Below are positions 62,199 to 64,000 of a DNA stretch of 64,000 nucleotides, one piece after another. This stretch comes from Actinomycetes bacterium (GTDB taxonomy: Bacteria; Actinomycetota; Acidimicrobiia; Acidimicrobiales; Microtrichaceae): NCBI GenBank assembly GCA_023389745.1, contig JAEWED010000197.1, positions 1,212-65,211 on the forward strand. The letters run 5' to 3'. Under the pieces are notes generated by a model that was not told where the DNA came from, ran no database searches, and worked only from the letters and a program-made list of their open reading frames with translations. A program made the translations under genes and the position numbers. Position 1 is the first letter of the stretch, and each line of letters opens with the position of its first letter.

Positions 62199-63443
62199 TC
62201 AGTCGAGCGGTTCGCTGTCCCGGATCCGCTCTGCGAGCTCGATCGCGAGCTCCACCTCGGTGATGCCGTCGATCATCGACAGACGTGTCATGTCGGCGAA
62301 GCTGAGCGCCGCGACCTGCCGGTCGTGACGGCCGCGGACCACGAGCTTCGAGTCGATCCGGTAGACGTCCACCAGCGGCTGCCAGCGACGGTCGTTGGCG
62401 ATGATCACTCGTCGGTCGGTCACCGCGACCGCTGCCGGGCGACCCAGCATCTGGCCCGTGACCACACCGGCGACCAGCTCGTCGGGTTCGAGCAGTGCGC
62501 CGCACACGGCGATCGCCACAGCCGCGCGCTCCTGGTCGGCGACGGCGAGGCGTGCGACCGCTGCCTCGAGGCCGTGCGGGTCCGAGATCGGCTCGTGCGC
62601 CGGCGCCACGGGCTCCGCCGTGCGCTCCGCCCAGCCGGGCGGCACGTGGGCGGACGGCGGGGTGTCCTGGGTCCGTGCGCCGTGGGTCGCCGACGATGCG
62701 CTGCGCTCAGGACGCACCGAGGTGACCTCGGAGTCGTCCCACTCGTCGGAGAGCATGGTCCAGGGGCTGTCGTCGGTCCGGGGCGGTGTCGCCCGGGCTG
62801 CGGCGCCACTGGAGAACACCGAGCCCGAACCGGTCGAAGGGTTCCACGCCGAGACGTCGTCGTGCAGCGGGTCGAACAGGTCGCCCGCGTCGATGACGTC
62901 GTCGTCACGGCTGACGGGTTCGGCGCTGAAGGGGCCCTCGTCGACGATGTCGGCCCGGTCCCACAGCGGGCGCGCCTGCTCGCGGTGCCCGTTGCCCTGA
63001 TTCCCGTTGCCCTGATGCCCGTTGCCCTGGTTCCCGTTGCCCTGGTGCCCGTTGCCCTGGTGCCCGCTGCCCTCGGTGAACTCGTCGCCGTCGAAGCGGT
63101 GCGTGTCGTCATGGTGCGCGCTGCGGCCCTCGCTCGAGGTCCAGCCGTCGGTCGGGTGCGTCTCGCCCGTGCCGAACGCCGACCCGTGGCGGGGCTCGTC
63201 GTCGGCCGCTGGCGGTGCCGAGGGCGCCTCGGTGCTCCACATGGATTCCGGGCCTCGGGGCGCCGTGGGAGGCACGACCTCGGCGTTGTCGGACGCTGCC
63301 GTGGAGAACAGTGCCCCGAGCGGGGGCTTCCCGCCGATGTCGTCCACCTCTGTCACAGTCGTCGCCTCCGCCCACCTAAGGCTCTGCAGGGTCTCCAGCG
63401 TAGGGGATGGATCCCCGAATTCGATCCTCGACCGGGTCGCCAC
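62199..63443 (-). CDS. hypothetical protein, largely disordered, with GHQGN repeats and a C-terminal globular (PH-like?) domain
   Basis: 414 aa with a GTG start. The C-terminal segment is VVTGQMLGRPAAVAVTDRRVIIANDRRWQPLVDVYRI... Confidence 0.55.
   Translation of the reverse strand: MATRSRIEFGDPSPTLETLQSLRWAEATTVTEVDDIGGKPPLGALFSTAASDNAEVVPPTAPRGPESMWSTEAPSAPPAADDEPRHGSAFGTGETHPTDGWTSSEGRSAHHDDTHRFDGDEFTEGSGHQGNGHQGNGNQGNGHQGNGNQGNGHREQARPLWDRADIVDEGPFSAEPVSRDDDVIDAGDLFDPLHDDVSAWNPSTGSGSVFSSGAAARATPPRTDDSPWTMLSDEWDDSEVTSVRPERSASSATHGARTQDTPPSAHVPPGWAERTAEPVAPAHEPISDPHGLEAAVARLAVADQERAAVAIAVCGALLEPDELVAGVVTGQMLGRPAAVAVTDRRVIIANDRRWQPLVDVYRIDSKLVVRGRHDRQVAALSFADMTRLSMIDGITEVELAIELAERIRDSEPLD
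62991..63075. repeat. 15-bp tandem repeat, about 5.5 copies (GTTGCCCTGRTKCCC), in frame; encodes G(H/N)QGN repeats
   Basis: The protein reads GHQGNGHQGNGNQGNGHQGNGNQGNGH; position cross-checked with track ORF 63022. Confidence 0.9.
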
Positions 63444-63455
63444 CCCGGGATCCCC

Positions 63456-64000
63456 TCAGCCAGTGGCCTGCGCCTTACCCAGCATCTCTCGTCCCCAATC
63501 ATCGAGGGGAAGGTTTTTCGCCGCGGCAACTCCCTTGGCCGAGAGCTTCGGGAGCGTCTTGGCGAGCACCGCGACCGTCTCGGCCTCGCCGAGGCGACCC
63601 GCGACGTCGTCGAGCTGGGTCGCCAGGAACACCAGGCAGAGCGCGTCCTCGTGGGTCTGGACCGCCGGATCCGAGGCGAGGCCCTCCTTTCGGACGATCG
63701 CGCCGACGCGGTCGATCTCGTCGTCGGAGTAGCCGAGCGGACGCAGCAGCCCGGCGACCTCTTCCGCGTGGAAGCGCTTGGCCGCGGCCCGCCACCGCAG
63801 GTAGCCGGCGCGGCCCTCGGGGTAGTCGCCGCGGGGTCGCGTCCAGCGCCGCAGGTGGTGGGCCCGTGCCGCGATCAACTGCAGCTCGTCGGCATCCGGG
63901 TCGAGCTGCTGGACCCACTCGCTCATCATCTCTGCGTGCAGCAGCTCCTTGACGTGCTGCTCGCCGCGCCAGGTGATCCGGTTCGGGTCCTCGGAGTTCG
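63456..64000 (-). CDS. DUF4202-like protein (5' end beyond the right edge)
   Basis: LIAARAHHLRRWTRPRGDYPEGRAGYLRWRAAAKRFHAE. The frame stays open upstream of the track's ATG 63929 to nt 64000 (...NSEDPNRITWRGEQHVKELLHAEMMSEW). Confidence 0.6.
   Translation of the reverse strand, partial: NSEDPNRITWRGEQHVKELLHAEMMSEWVQQLDPDADELQLIAARAHHLRRWTRPRGDYPEGRAGYLRWRAAAKRFHAEEVAGLLRPLGYSDDEIDRVGAIVRKEGLASDPAVQTHEDALCLVFLATQLDDVAGRLGEAETVAVLAKTLPKLSAKGVAAAKNLPLDDWGREMLGKAQATG

Noticed and set aside
63384-63422. CTGCAG … GGATCC-CC-GAATTC cluster resembling a cloning-vector polylinker
   Set aside because: It is too short and lies in frame at the 5' end of a native-looking ORF, with normal flanks on both sides. 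It is probably coincidence.

Overview
This is a high-GC, Actinomycetota-like chromosomal window with about 50 protein genes, 4 tRNAs and 1 IS. All family names come from reading the translations; no database was searched.

**Mobile element (nt 1-7448).** This is the visible end of an integrative, mobilisable element lying against the 3' end of tRNA-Leu(GAG). In order it carries:
- a partial MobF/TrwC relaxase-helicase that runs off the left edge;
- a winged-helix protein;
- a tyrosine integrase;
- a visibly A/T-richer two-gene cargo cassette (4057-5347) encoding a wHTH-like protein and a protein with an RN..H HEPN-type motif;
- an IS1634-family IS with perfect 14-bp terminal inverted repeats and an AGCAC target duplication.

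The cargo cassette is my best candidate for an undescribed defence or addiction module.

**Core genome (rest of the window).**
- ppk2, a divergent DAG-kinase/PAP2 pair, and secG-tpiA-pgk-gap-yvcK-rapZ with no whiA between yvcK and gap;
- uvrC, nadA, a sigma-70 factor, aroC, uvrB and coaE;
- a GAF histidine kinase with a NarL-type regulator, followed by an orphan Flp pilin;
- GntR/aconitase, a HAD-PlsC fusion, LysR/citrate synthase, an acyl-CoA dehydrogenase and a GNAT/ADP-forming acyl-CoA synthetase-like protein;
- DUF885, a CocE/NonD hydrolase and a stand-alone LigD polymerase domain;
- a Gly-Cys-Val tRNA set interrupted by rtcB.

**Unusual points.**
- uvrA carries an in-frame TAG exactly at the Ser of its second Walker A motif.
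- At least five genes have their last 15-36 nt, stop codon included, duplicated just downstream.
- Five genes carry in-frame 15-bp (pentapeptide) tandem tracts.
- Hairpin-forming tandem repeats lie inside two ORFs.
- Four spaced TTCGCGAA palindromes lie upstream of nadA.
- tRNA-Val(GAC) has C instead of U at position 33.

No CRISPR array and no rRNA were seen.
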